From positions 1-59,580 of the IMG/VR virus record IMGVR_UViG_3300046167_000203: 59,580 nt of DNA; one strand, written 5' to 3'. This stretch comes from a virus (taxonomy: Duplodnaviria; Caudoviricetes). The notes under the pieces were generated by a model that had not been told where the DNA came from, searched no databases, and worked only from the letters and a program-made list of their open reading frames with translations. The position numbers and the translations under genes were made by a program. This document shows positions 37,188 through 47,085 of this stretch, piece by piece (the first letter of the stretch is position 1; each line of letters starts with the position of its first letter).

Positions 37188-38819
37188 ATGCAAAACAAGA
37201 TACACTTAGCTCTTGAACCCAACATGCGATTGCATATATCTGGTTCAAAAGATCCAAAGATCACTCAACTATTTAGTAAAATACCGTTCTGTAATTTCCT
37301 GCTGCAAGAAAAAAAGTGGGTAATTAAAATGGAACGTATGAGTAATGAACAATGTCTAACTGTCTATACTCATATAACTAAAACTTTTCATGATGACATA
37401 AAGAACATTGGTCTTATCATGGATGTTAACCAACCAATGCTTGATCACATGAACCAATGTTCAATGTATTATAAAGCAAAGAACTTAGAACTTAAAAAAA
37501 GAGTTACTAATGATTGGTCTGAGAGCCTCGATAAGTTTGGAGTTAAACCATATGACCATCAGATAGATGCCGTTTGTCATTGGATTGATAACAACGGCAG
37601 ATCATTACTTGGACATGAGATGGGTACGGGTAAAACTATTTCCGCAATCCTTTCTATTAATGCAATCAAAGCTAAGAGAGTTGTAATCTTCACACCCGCT
37701 AGTGTGATGATGCAATGGGAAAAAGAAATTAAAAGATTGTTGCCTGATTACACACTTTATATATACCCTAACATCAAAGGAGTTGGAGATGACGGAAGAG
37801 AGATATTACTCGTATCATATGCGAGAGCCGAGCCTTACAAAAAGTCGCAAAGCAAAGCCACTTGGAAAGCTGAGTACATTATCTGTGACGAATGCCATTA
37901 CATTAAAAACCCCAAGGCAAAGCGGACTAAAGCGATTGTACAATTGGCTAAGACTTCTGATTACTTCATAGGTTTATCAGGCACACCAATAATAAATAGA
38001 CCCGTAGATTTATATTCCCCCTTAAACATAATTTCACCTAGTGAGTTCAATAATTGGTATCAGTTTACCAAGGCTTATTGCAATGGTCACATGGGTAAAT
38101 TTGGATATGTTGCAGACGGATTGTCTAGGAAAGTTGAATTACATTCTAAACTATCCCGTCATATGCACAGAGTTACAAAGGATGACTGCCTCGACCTGCC
38201 CCCTAAAGTGAGGTCGGTCATCCCTTGTAAGTTAAACTTTAATCAGGACTATTATGAAACATTCCAAGAGGCTTATGCGGAACTTGGTGTACATAAATCC
38301 GTTGAGGCATTGTCTTGGATTAAGGACTTCATGGAATCTAATAACGAGAAGTTAGTTGTCTTCACTCAACATGTAAGACCCGCCGAGTTAATTTTTTATA
38401 ACTTAGCAACCGAGGGCAAGAAACATAAACAAGTTGACTTACTTACGGGTCAGACAACCAAGCAAGATAGAGATGCTTACATATCTCGTTTCCTAGATCC
38501 AAAGTCTGACAAGAGGATACTTATACTTACGTTAGGTGTTGGATCAACAGGTTTAAATTTACAGAAAGCTAACAATGTCTTGATGGTTGAGACATCATTT
38601 TCTCCGATGGAGATGATGCAAGCTGAAGATAGGGTACACAGAAATGGTCAGACTAAATCATGTTCTATAAATTACTTGGTTGCTCAAGATACCTTTGATG
38701 AAAAACTTTATAAACTTTTAGAAAAGAAAATGGGTATGAGTAATGCCGTAGTTGATGGCGATTTCAAAAATGATCTCAATGTTTTTGAGGAACTTAAAAA
38801 GGAGATAGCAAATGGCTAG
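37188..38819 (+). CDS. SNF2/HARP-like SF2 helicase
   Basis: HEMGTGKT, DECH, LSGTP, GLNLQ, QAEDRVHRNGQ. Confidence 0.92.
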   Translation: MQNKIHLALEPNMRLHISGSKDPKITQLFSKIPFCNFLLQEKKWVIKMERMSNEQCLTVYTHITKTFHDDIKNIGLIMDVNQPMLDHMNQCSMYYKAKNLELKKRVTNDWSESLDKFGVKPYDHQIDAVCHWIDNNGRSLLGHEMGTGKTISAILSINAIKAKRVVIFTPASVMMQWEKEIKRLLPDYTLYIYPNIKGVGDDGREILLVSYARAEPYKKSQSKATWKAEYIICDECHYIKNPKAKRTKAIVQLAKTSDYFIGLSGTPIINRPVDLYSPLNIISPSEFNNWYQFTKAYCNGHMGKFGYVADGLSRKVELHSKLSRHMHRVTKDDCLDLPPKVRSVIPCKLNFNQDYYETFQEAYAELGVHKSVEALSWIKDFMESNNEKLVVFTQHVRPAELIFYNLATEGKKHKQVDLLTGQTTKQDRDAYISRFLDPKSDKRILILTLGVGSTGLNLQKANNVLMVETSFSPMEMMQAEDRVHRNGQTKSCSINYLVAQDTFDEKLYKLLEKKMGMSNAVVDGDFKNDLNVFEELKKEIANG

Positions 38820-39105
38820 AGCCTTACCATCAATGCAAGCCTCTGAGGTTATGATCTTCGATACACTTGCAATTAATAACCACACCAATGGTCAAAAGGT
38901 AGTGATTAAAGGTTACGACATACATGATCGTGATTTAAAAGGCGATCTTATGGAGTGGTGGTTTGAATCAAAGACTGTCCCACTTAAAAATTTAGAGACT
39001 TTAAAGTCAGGCGATCTTTTATTTTGGAATGACGGAGAACTTACACCCGTACCATTCGATACCGCACAAGAGAATGTAAGAGTTTTTAGTAAGGTTTTTA
39101 AATAG
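38812..39105 (+). CDS. Hypothetical protein
   Basis: 97 aa, AAGGAG RBS. Confidence 0.7.
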   Translation: MARALPSMQASEVMIFDTLAINNHTNGQKVVIKGYDIHDRDLKGDLMEWWFESKTVPLKNLETLKSGDLLFWNDGELTPVPFDTAQENVRVFSKVFK

Positions 39106-40182
39106 ATGATTTTAAATACAGAACAATTAATATTAAATAACATTAGCAAGAACTCAGACAATAAAACTTGGGGCGGACACGACAGAAAGAAAACTGTCGG
39201 TGCCTCTGCCGTAGGTGGATGTCTGAGATCAATTGTCTATGACAAACATAATGCACCAACCGATAAAGGTTTTGTCCAAGACTTAGGAGCCGCAGAACGT
39301 GGCAACATGGTTGAGGATTGGGCAGTACCATCTATGCAACACAGTCTGAAAGACAGTCAGGTTGAATTAATATGGGCAACTGATGATGGTCAAGAGACAT
39401 TGGTTGACATAACTAATTATCAAAGTGCTACACCTGATGGCTTATTTATTTCTAAAGAGGTCTTCGAGGTTGAAGAAGAAGATGGATCAAAGAGATTTAC
39501 TAAATGTTTATACAATGAATTAAAGTCAATTGATCCAAGAGCCTTTGATCATTTAAGAGAACCAAAGTTTCAACATAGAATGCAAGTGCAACAAGGTATG
39601 GATTTGGTTAGAAGAACGACAGACTATTTTCCTACACATGCAGTAATTACATATATCAATGCGAGTTTTGTAAATCAGATTAAGTCTTGGGTTATTCCCT
39701 TTGATGAGATGGTGGCAACAGGTTTAAGAGTTAGATCGTCATCTGTATTTACTAAGTACTCCCTGGATAATTTACCAGAACCAGAAGGAAAATTAGAAGG
39801 TGGCAAGGAGTGTGACTACTGTCCATATAAGAATGCATGTCTAGACACAGAGGTGTCTAGTATTCCAAGTGCTGAAGGATCTAATTTTTCTGAGGCAATC
39901 ACCAACAGATTACAAGAGAAAGTTATTGCTAGGCATAATCTTAATAATGAAGCCAAGGCAAAGACAAGAGAAGTTAAACAATTAGAACAGGATATAAAAG
40001 AAATTCTTAAAGAGGCAGATAGTAAAAAGATTTCTGCTGATTGGGGATCGGTGTCTATGTATTCGCAAAAGGCACCAATGAGGTATGATAGGGATAAATT
40101 TGAAAAGGCGGGGTTGGATCATCGTGACTTCCAAACTCAAGGAGATTATTCGCCACGTCTTTCGATTACCTACCGTACTTAG
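39106..40182 (+). CDS. PD-(D/E)xK / Cas4-like exonuclease
   Basis: GAS.VGGC.R, ATPDG, ELKS, QVQQGM, CDYCPYKNAC. Confidence 0.8.
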   Translation: MILNTEQLILNNISKNSDNKTWGGHDRKKTVGASAVGGCLRSIVYDKHNAPTDKGFVQDLGAAERGNMVEDWAVPSMQHSLKDSQVELIWATDDGQETLVDITNYQSATPDGLFISKEVFEVEEEDGSKRFTKCLYNELKSIDPRAFDHLREPKFQHRMQVQQGMDLVRRTTDYFPTHAVITYINASFVNQIKSWVIPFDEMVATGLRVRSSSVFTKYSLDNLPEPEGKLEGGKECDYCPYKNACLDTEVSSIPSAEGSNFSEAITNRLQEKVIARHNLNNEAKAKTREVKQLEQDIKEILKEADSKKISADWGSVSMYSQKAPMRYDRDKFEKAGLDHRDFQTQGDYSPRLSITYRT

Positions 40183-40227
40183 TTGACAGACTGAAGAAAC
40201 ACACAAACAAACGAAAGGAACATTCAA

Positions 40228-40893
40228 ATGAATGAAATCACAACCCCTATCTTTGATGTATCAAATATTGATAACATTGTAAACCAATTGTCTGAGGTAG
40301 CAGACGAACTTAGTGTTGGTGGTGTCCAATATATTAAATTTAAAAAGGGCGAGTGGGTCATCGGTAAAGCCGAAGATACATTTGCTGATAATAAATTTGA
40401 GGCATTGGTAAACCTAGCTATGGTACAGAATGGTTGGGTCTGTTGGAAAGATGGACAATTAGTTGATGAGCAATGGAGTAATCTTGGAGACCCCAAGACA
40501 GACAAAGCTGATCTACCTGATCATGGTCCATACACACAACAGAATGATGGATGGTCTTACAACGTAAGATTTGAAATGCAAATTCAACCAACACTTGGAA
40601 CAGAGAATCATATCCTCGCACAATTCACAGGCTCTTCTAAAGGTGCCATGAAAGCAGTAGGGGAAATGGTTAGAGAAGTTGTCCAACAAAAGAAGACAGG
40701 GCAATTTGAAGGTCAGGTTCCAATTATAATGTTTCACTCTGACAGTTATAAACATAGTCAATATGGTAAAGTTCATATTCCTAAGTTGTCAGTTTCAAGA
40801 TGGATGGATCAGGCAGATACTGTTCCTGTTCAAGGTTCTAAACAAGAGCCTGAGACAAAGCCAAATCCAAGCACAAACATTCCTTTAGAATAA
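40228..40893 (+). CDS. Putative single-stranded DNA-binding protein
   Basis: IKFKKGEW...GWVCW...SKGA...DSYKHSQYGKVHIP pattern; lies between nuclease and polymerase. Confidence 0.55.
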   Translation: MNEITTPIFDVSNIDNIVNQLSEVADELSVGGVQYIKFKKGEWVIGKAEDTFADNKFEALVNLAMVQNGWVCWKDGQLVDEQWSNLGDPKTDKADLPDHGPYTQQNDGWSYNVRFEMQIQPTLGTENHILAQFTGSSKGAMKAVGEMVREVVQQKKTGQFEGQVPIIMFHSDSYKHSQYGKVHIPKLSVSRWMDQADTVPVQGSKQEPETKPNPSTNIPLE

Positions 40894-43034
40894 TGGATGA
40901 TCTGAAATCGGTATTGGGTGGGGGCAAGTCTCCTACCCCATTCCATGATTTTATGTCTGGGGTGCAACTGAATTATATTACTGATGATGCAGGTGTTAAG
41001 AAGTTAACAAAGTATTATAAAAAATTATTAGAAAAAAATCACAGTTGGGAGAACCCTCTACTCATTTCAGTAGACGTGGAGACAACCGCTGATGAAAGTC
41101 TCATTAAAACTTACGAAGATAAACAGAAAGAATTTGTAGATGTCTCTGAAAAATTTCATTCGTTCCCAATTATATCCAAGTGTACAGAGGATCAGAAGAA
41201 GGCTCGTAAGGAAACCCAACAAGAGATGGCGATATGTAGATCAGACCTCAATGCCCAAGCAAAGCATGTCAAAAGAGCAGGTCTCAACGTCTATACAGGA
41301 CAAGTCCGACTACTCCAAATCTACAACGGGGAAGAAGTTCACGTCATAGACAGATGGCATGTCTCAGTACCTGTGTTTCGTGAGTTAGGTGATGTTGTTT
41401 TAAGTACAGACAAATGTATTTGGCTCGCACATAATGCACAGTTTGATGTGAAGATGTTGACACAACACGGGATCACACCCGCACGACATCCTCATTGTAC
41501 TCTATTACAAGCACAAGCACTTATAAGTCTCACACAAATTAGAAAAGGTTTGGCTTACAGATGTGCAGATGTCTTAGGTAAAGAACCTAGTAAGACACAA
41601 CAAGCATCTGATTGGTCTAAAGATCCTCTTGATGATGAGCAAATTCGATATGCAGCGGGAGATGTGGTAGCCACATGGCAATTACATTTTGAGCAAATGA
41701 AACTCATACAACAAAGTAAGAGAATACCTAGTGAACAATGTGAATGGATCTATGATTTATTAAGGTCAAGTATTAGAGCCGTGAATGAAGTTATGGTTAA
41801 TGGTATTGGCTTTGACAAACAATCACATACAGAGTTAGCCAATGATTTACAGACAAGAGATTTAGAGGGCAGACATAAAGCACTTGAAATGTTCAAGCAA
41901 TATTCTAGTGAAGGTGCTCCTGTCGTAGACAATCCCGCTTCAACAATACAAGTAGCTAATTGGTTAAGGTTTCATTTAAATAAATATCCACCATACACCA
42001 CAGACAATTGGGTCAAGACAGACACAGGTCAGTTGAAGTGTGGCAAGATTGATTTATTAGAAAACATATCTCAATTACCAACTGAGTATCACCCACCTTT
42101 ATTAGCAGTTGCTGAGTGGGCAGATGCCAAAAAGAATAACTCTACTTTAGGCACAGACTTTAATAGGTTTATTAATCCAATGTCTGAAAGGATCCATGCA
42201 AACTTTAGAATAGGTGGCACGGAGACAGGTAGATTTAGTGTAACAGAACCTGCATTACAAACTATCAATGCAACTGAAGAGTTCAGACATCTATTTAAAA
42301 GTAAAGACCGCCATAGTCTGGTTGTCTGTGACTATGGTCAAATAGAAGTTCGTGTTCCTGCCGCTTTGTCAAATGATAAAGTTCTATTGGGAGCCATTGA
42401 AGACGGTCTAGATATTCACACACTAACCGCACGACATTGTTTCAAGGGAGATTATCCCGCTGATTGTAGTGATGATCACTTTAAAACAGGGTCGGGTAAG
42501 TGGATGAGACAAGCGGCTAAGGCTTGTATATTTGGACTTTTATTTGGTCAGGGACCGAGAGGCTTGTCACAAGTGCTGACAACCAATGGGCACCCAACCA
42601 CATTACATGAGGCTAGTAGAATTCAGCATGAAGTTCTGGATCTTTACGTTGGACTAAAGGAGTGGATCACACAAACAAGAAAGCTATCAGACAACACAGG
42701 TTATTTATGGACACCCCAAGGCAGAGTGTATTCACCTTTGAGATCAAATCAATTGTTCACAAAGTCTATTAACACACCATGTCAAGGTGGAGCCGCAGAA
42801 ATTATGTTGTTGTGTCTGAGTAGGTTTCCCAAAGTCTGGGGCAATATACCTGCAAAGTTAGTACACGTTGTACATGACGAACTAATTGCAGAAGTTCCAG
42901 ATGAGTTTGCCACCCAAGCGAAAGACATAATGATCCAAACTATGATGTGGGCGGCTACTAAATTATTTGAAAACATACCTCAAACGGGACTTGTTGAAGG
43001 CGACATAGGCAAGACTTGGGGCGAGGCAAAATAA
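40893..43034 (+). CDS. polA: Family A DNA polymerase (3'-5' exonuclease plus polymerase)
   Basis: DVET, AHNAQFD, YAAGD, TGRFS, DYGQIEVR, R..AK..IFG, VHDE. Confidence 0.95.
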   Translation: MDDLKSVLGGGKSPTPFHDFMSGVQLNYITDDAGVKKLTKYYKKLLEKNHSWENPLLISVDVETTADESLIKTYEDKQKEFVDVSEKFHSFPIISKCTEDQKKARKETQQEMAICRSDLNAQAKHVKRAGLNVYTGQVRLLQIYNGEEVHVIDRWHVSVPVFRELGDVVLSTDKCIWLAHNAQFDVKMLTQHGITPARHPHCTLLQAQALISLTQIRKGLAYRCADVLGKEPSKTQQASDWSKDPLDDEQIRYAAGDVVATWQLHFEQMKLIQQSKRIPSEQCEWIYDLLRSSIRAVNEVMVNGIGFDKQSHTELANDLQTRDLEGRHKALEMFKQYSSEGAPVVDNPASTIQVANWLRFHLNKYPPYTTDNWVKTDTGQLKCGKIDLLENISQLPTEYHPPLLAVAEWADAKKNNSTLGTDFNRFINPMSERIHANFRIGGTETGRFSVTEPALQTINATEEFRHLFKSKDRHSLVVCDYGQIEVRVPAALSNDKVLLGAIEDGLDIHTLTARHCFKGDYPADCSDDHFKTGSGKWMRQAAKACIFGLLFGQGPRGLSQVLTTNGHPTTLHEASRIQHEVLDLYVGLKEWITQTRKLSDNTGYLWTPQGRVYSPLRSNQLFTKSINTPCQGGAAEIMLLCLSRFPKVWGNIPAKLVHVVHDELIAEVPDEFATQAKDIMIQTMMWAATKLFENIPQTGLVEGDIGKTWGEAK

Positions 43035-43050
43035 GATTGGAATAAGACTA

Positions 43051-44745
43051 ATGAATGAGATGAAGAAGATGTATACCGACAACCAGAATATTTTTCGCAA
43101 TAGCTTTGCTGAGAGTATATTTAATTTAAAGTACAAACATGAGGGTGCCGAGACATGGGAAGAATTGTCTAGCACATTAGTTGATGATGTCTGTGGTGGA
43201 CTGTTACCAAAGTCTGACATCGATCAATTAAAATGGATGATAAGTACTATGAGATTTATCCCTGGGGGTAGATACTTATACTATGCAGGAAGAAAAGCTA
43301 AGTTCTTTAACAACTGTTATTTGTTAAGAGGCGAAGAAGATACACGAGAAGAGTGGGGTCATTTAGCTAACAGAGCAATGTCTTGTCTTTCTAGTGGTGG
43401 TGGTATTGGTATAGATTATTCTAAGTTTCGTGGTAAAGGTTCGCTATTATCAAGAACAGGTGGCGAAGCTAGTGGTCCTATAAGTCTTATGTTAGCCGTC
43501 AATGAAATAGGTAGACAAGTTATGCAAGGTGGTAGCAGACGTTCTGCTATTTATGCCTCATTGAATTGGCAACATTCTGATGCTGAAGCATTCTTACACT
43601 CAAAGGATTGGAAGAGTATGCCTGTCGCAGGAACTGATAAGACAATGGCAGACATGAAAGAAGCAGACTTTAACTTTGCTTGTCCGCTAGACATGACAAA
43701 CATCTCTCTCAATTGGGACACCAAGTTTATTGAAGATTATTGGAAGACAGGCGAGCTACCAGAACTTTGGTATAAAAATACTAGACAGGCATTGTCTTCA
43801 GCAGAACCTGGATTTTCATTTAACTTCTTTGAGAACGAGAATGAGACACTAAGGAATGCATGTACTGAAGTAACATCTGAAGATGATAGTGATGTCTGTA
43901 ATCTTGGATCACTTAACATGTCTAGGATAGAAGACATAAAAGACTTTGCACAATGTACAGAACTAGCAACTAAGTTCCTTGTCTGTGGAACAATGAAAGC
44001 TGAGTTACCTTTTGATAAAGTTTATAAAGTTCGTGAGAAGAATAGAAGACTTGGTCTTGGTTTAATGGGTATGCATGAATGGTTACTACAAAGAAAGCAA
44101 CCATACAAAGTCACAGAAGAGATGCATCGTTGGTTATACATTTATAAATCTGTTTCAGATAAAGTGGCTAAAGAAAGTGCTGATGCATTAGGTGTAAGTA
44201 GACCTGTCAAGGTAAGAGCGATTGCACCAACAGGTTCAATTGGAATCTTAGCCGCCACTACTACAGGTGTTGAGCCATTATTTGCCGTTGCATATAAGAG
44301 AAGATATCTGAAAGACGGAAAGAAATGGATGTATCAGATGGTTGTGGATAGTGCGGCACAAGAAGTGATTGATCGTTATGGTACAGACCCAGACACAATT
44401 GAGAGTGCTCTTGATCTGTCTAGTGATTATGAAAGAAGAATGCAGTTTCAAGCAGATGTACAAGACTACGTTGATATGTCTATATCTAGTACTATCAATC
44501 TACCTGCTTGGGGATCTGAGTTAAATAACGAAGACACAGTCAGACCTTTTGCTCAGACATTAGCAAAGTATGCTCATCGTCTCAGAGGTTTCACTTGTTA
44601 TCCTGACGGAAGTAGAGGTGGTCAACCTTTGGTTTCTGTTCCTTACAAAGAAGCTCGTAAAAATTTAGGAGAAGAATTTGAAGAGGCAGTTGAGACACAC
44701 GACATATGCGACATATCTGGTCATGGAGGATCATGCGGTGTCTGA
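43051..44745 (+). CDS. nrdJ: Class II (B12-dependent) ribonucleotide reductase
   Basis: FIPGGR, NNC, NACTE, CNLGSLN, IAPTG, C-terminal Cys pair; no beta-subunit gene in the genome. Confidence 0.85.
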   Translation: MNEMKKMYTDNQNIFRNSFAESIFNLKYKHEGAETWEELSSTLVDDVCGGLLPKSDIDQLKWMISTMRFIPGGRYLYYAGRKAKFFNNCYLLRGEEDTREEWGHLANRAMSCLSSGGGIGIDYSKFRGKGSLLSRTGGEASGPISLMLAVNEIGRQVMQGGSRRSAIYASLNWQHSDAEAFLHSKDWKSMPVAGTDKTMADMKEADFNFACPLDMTNISLNWDTKFIEDYWKTGELPELWYKNTRQALSSAEPGFSFNFFENENETLRNACTEVTSEDDSDVCNLGSLNMSRIEDIKDFAQCTELATKFLVCGTMKAELPFDKVYKVREKNRRLGLGLMGMHEWLLQRKQPYKVTEEMHRWLYIYKSVSDKVAKESADALGVSRPVKVRAIAPTGSIGILAATTTGVEPLFAVAYKRRYLKDGKKWMYQMVVDSAAQEVIDRYGTDPDTIESALDLSSDYERRMQFQADVQDYVDMSISSTINLPAWGSELNNEDTVRPFAQTLAKYAHRLRGFTCYPDGSRGGQPLVSVPYKEARKNLGEEFEEAVETHDICDISGHGGSCGV

Positions 44746-45043
44746 TGAAGAATATGGAGATCAAGCAGAGTTTCCTTTTGAAAGTCATCACAACTACATG
44801 GTGCGAAGACTAAAGGAAGAAGAAACTAAAACTGAAATGGTAGATCATCCCCCTCATTACAAAGAGGGGGAGATTGAATGCATAGATTATCTGGAAGATA
44901 GTTTAGGTAAAGAGGGATTTGCTTTTTATATAGAGGGAAATATTAAGAAGTATATTCATAGATGGAGACACAAAGGTGGTCTACAAGATTTAAAAAAGGC
45001 ACAATGGTACCTAGATAGATTGATTAGCAGAGAAGAAATGTAA
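44738..45043 (+). CDS. DUF3310 / T7 gp1.7-like nucleotide kinase family protein
   Basis: VDHPPHY...IECID...GNIKKY..R...KGG.QDLKKAQWYL; start uncertain. Confidence 0.8.
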   Translation: MSDEEYGDQAEFPFESHHNYMVRRLKEEETKTEMVDHPPHYKEGEIECIDYLEDSLGKEGFAFYIEGNIKKYIHRWRHKGGLQDLKKAQWYLDRLISREEM

Positions 45044-45047
45044 TGAT

Positions 45048-45281
45048 CTACTTCTTTCCTCTGCTGACTCTTATGTCATATCTTAACATGAAGTCTTCTA
45101 GTTCCCGTAATGTGGATACTCGTGGGTTCCATTTAGGTGTGTACATATCTGCAAAGGTTCCTGGTCCAAAGCTAGCGGCTTTAGCTAATCCGTGTGGTGT
45201 GAAACCTCTTGAGGTAACCCATCCACGGATCTTATGTAAGTATATATCTACTCCATATACCTGTTCATTTTCTTCTGCCAT
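45048..45281 (-). CDS. Cro/XRE-like HTH regulator
   Basis: TPHGLAKAASFGPGTFADM...WNPRVSTLRELE; GGAGG RBS; divergent from xis-int. Confidence 0.7.
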   Translation of the reverse strand: MAEENEQVYGVDIYLHKIRGWVTSRGFTPHGLAKAASFGPGTFADMYTPKWNPRVSTLRELEDFMLRYDIRVSRGKK

Positions 45282-45341
45282 ATTATTCCTCCAATTAATA
45301 TATTTAAATCTTGCATTAATCACATATAAGAGATTATAATC

Positions 45342-45632
45342 ATGTCGTCAAGTTTTTATACTGTTAAAAATGTAGCTAACAAATTGAACCTTGCAATTCC
45401 TACAGTTTACCTGTGGATTAATCAAGGAAAATTTGATGGTTGTGTTTACCGCTTTAATAAATCTTGGCGATTTAAGACTGACAGACTTAATCAATGGATA
45501 AAGAGAGGAGAACAAGAATGGGAAGTAACTATAGAAACGGACAATGGTATGCCGACTTTAGGATCAATGGTAAGAGATACCGACCTCCAATTAATGCAAG
45601 TTCTAAAAGGCAAGCTAATGAGAAGTCAATAA
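45342..45632 (+). CDS. xis: Excisionase (MerR-like HTH)
   Basis: FYTVKNVANKLNLAIPTVYLWINQGKF...RFNKSWRF; overlaps the integrase. Confidence 0.8.
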   Translation: MSSSFYTVKNVANKLNLAIPTVYLWINQGKFDGCVYRFNKSWRFKTDRLNQWIKRGEQEWEVTIETDNGMPTLGSMVRDTDLQLMQVLKGKLMRSQ

Positions 45633-46642
45633 TTGAACGAAAGAAAAAGATAACAGAACTTGCTAAGACACAGTCTGACATTCCTTTTTCTGAGGCAATG
45701 TTAAAGTTCCTTAATAACTACTGTGGTTTAACATACACTACTAATGGTGAACTTAAATTTCAAAGAAGAGCAATGAAAGAAAGTTCAGCTAAAAGATACC
45801 TTCAAAGTATCAAGATGGTTACCCCACACTTTCAAGGCAGAATGTTGAAAGATATAACCAGACAGGACATTGCAGCTTATGTTGAATGTCGAAGAGTAGG
45901 TACAAAAGATATTAAGCCTTGTAATGATCCCACTATTATAAGAGACCTAAGTATGCTTGGTAAAATGTATGAATATATAATAAAGAATAGTACATGGGAT
46001 GGGCATAACATAGTCAGATCTTTTGATAGAAAGACACTACAAGAAAGTAAAGACAGGATAAGAAGTCTTGATGATTATGAGAAAAAGTCTGTGTTAGATA
46101 CTGCAAAGAAAAGTAAGAACCCAGATCTATATCATCAAATTCAAATTGCCTTACTTACAGGTATGAGATGGAACGAGCAGTTCTCTTTATTAAGAACAGA
46201 CTTTGAACGTACTAACTATGGACCTCAATTTGTATTGAGAGATACTGTAACGAAGAATGGTAAAATTAGGGTAGTGCCTTTGTGTGATGAAGCACTAGAC
46301 ATAGTAGAAATATTATTAAAAAAACCTGCTAGTTTTAGTGGTCATCTATTTTATAACCCAGACACAGGACATAGGGTAAATTCTAATCGCTCGTCTTGGG
46401 AAACATGTCTGAAAAATAGTGGTGTTACAGACTTTAGTTGGCACGATTTAAGACACACTTATGCCACGGATGAGATAAGAAAAGGTATGCCTATTTATAC
46501 TTTATCTAAGTTGTTGGGACACTCAAATGTAACCATCACAGAGAAGTATGCTCATCTATTTACGGAAGACTTACATGAGGCAAAAAGAAAAGTTGCCACC
46601 AAAAGTGCCACACACAGTGGAGAATATGGTGTAAGTGCTTGA
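45518..46642 (+). CDS. int: Tyrosine integrase
   Basis: TGMR, TKNGKIR.VPL, HDLRHTYA, LLGH, Y; GAGGAG RBS before the ATG at 45518. Confidence 0.95.
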   Translation: MGSNYRNGQWYADFRINGKRYRPPINASSKRQANEKSIIERKKKITELAKTQSDIPFSEAMLKFLNNYCGLTYTTNGELKFQRRAMKESSAKRYLQSIKMVTPHFQGRMLKDITRQDIAAYVECRRVGTKDIKPCNDPTIIRDLSMLGKMYEYIIKNSTWDGHNIVRSFDRKTLQESKDRIRSLDDYEKKSVLDTAKKSKNPDLYHQIQIALLTGMRWNEQFSLLRTDFERTNYGPQFVLRDTVTKNGKIRVVPLCDEALDIVEILLKKPASFSGHLFYNPDTGHRVNSNRSSWETCLKNSGVTDFSWHDLRHTYATDEIRKGMPIYTLSKLLGHSNVTITEKYAHLFTEDLHEAKRKVATKSATHSGEYGVSA

Positions 46643-46853
46643 TATGTATAGGTTTTCTTATATGTATCAGTGGTTTTTAAGTCCAGTGCGTCTACCATTC
46701 CGCCACGCTCGCAAAACCATATATCTGTTGTGTAGCCTAGGTTTGCGAGCTTTGCAAGTTATTTCTAAATTATTTTTTTGGGCGATAATTTTATATATTT
46801 TCTATATTTTATATATTTTATATGAAAAAATGGACACCAAAACGGACACCAAA
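46594..46853. mobile_element. attP region: 38-bp core resembling the 5' half of tRNA-Leu(UAA), flanked by arm-type repeats
   Basis: Minus 46712-46675 GCGAGCGTGGCGGAATGGTAGACGCACTGGACTTAAAA; arm repeats TGCCACCAAAAGTGCCACAC (46594) and GGACACCAAA twice (46832-46853). Confidence 0.85.
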
Positions 46854-46902
46854 TTTTACAACTATTTAAATCAAGAAACTATAACAAGGGAGAGAAACTA
46901 AA

Positions 46903-47085
46903 ATGACTTACATGGAACTAATGGATAAGACTTTTGATTGGTGTGTGTGGTTCTTAATTGAATTAGCCAAGCCACTTGGTATGACTTATAACGAAATAAA
47001 CATCTGGATATTCGTCATCATTGAACCGTTGATCTTTGTCTGTATGTTAGCTTATATAATTCACCTAAAGCGAAGGCTTTCGTAG
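46903..47085 (+). CDS. Small membrane protein
   Basis: 60 aa, GMTYNEINIWIFVIIEP plus TM segment; GGGAG RBS. Confidence 0.7.
   Translation: MTYMELMDKTFDWCVWFLIELAKPLGMTYNEINIWIFVIIEPLIFVCMLAYIIHLKRRLS

Noticed and set aside
39106-40182. CRISPR-associated Cas4
   Set aside because: No cas1/cas2 or array; replication-module context indicates a recombination exonuclease
40191-40222. Sixth hammerhead (CTGAAGA...CGAAAG)
   Set aside because: The intervening sequence is A/C-only and cannot form stem II, and there are no flanking stems; it is the CA-rich leader before an RBS
46675-46712. A functional tRNA-Leu gene
   Set aside because: Only the 5' half is present, with no variable arm, T arm or 3' acceptor strand; better explained as an attP core
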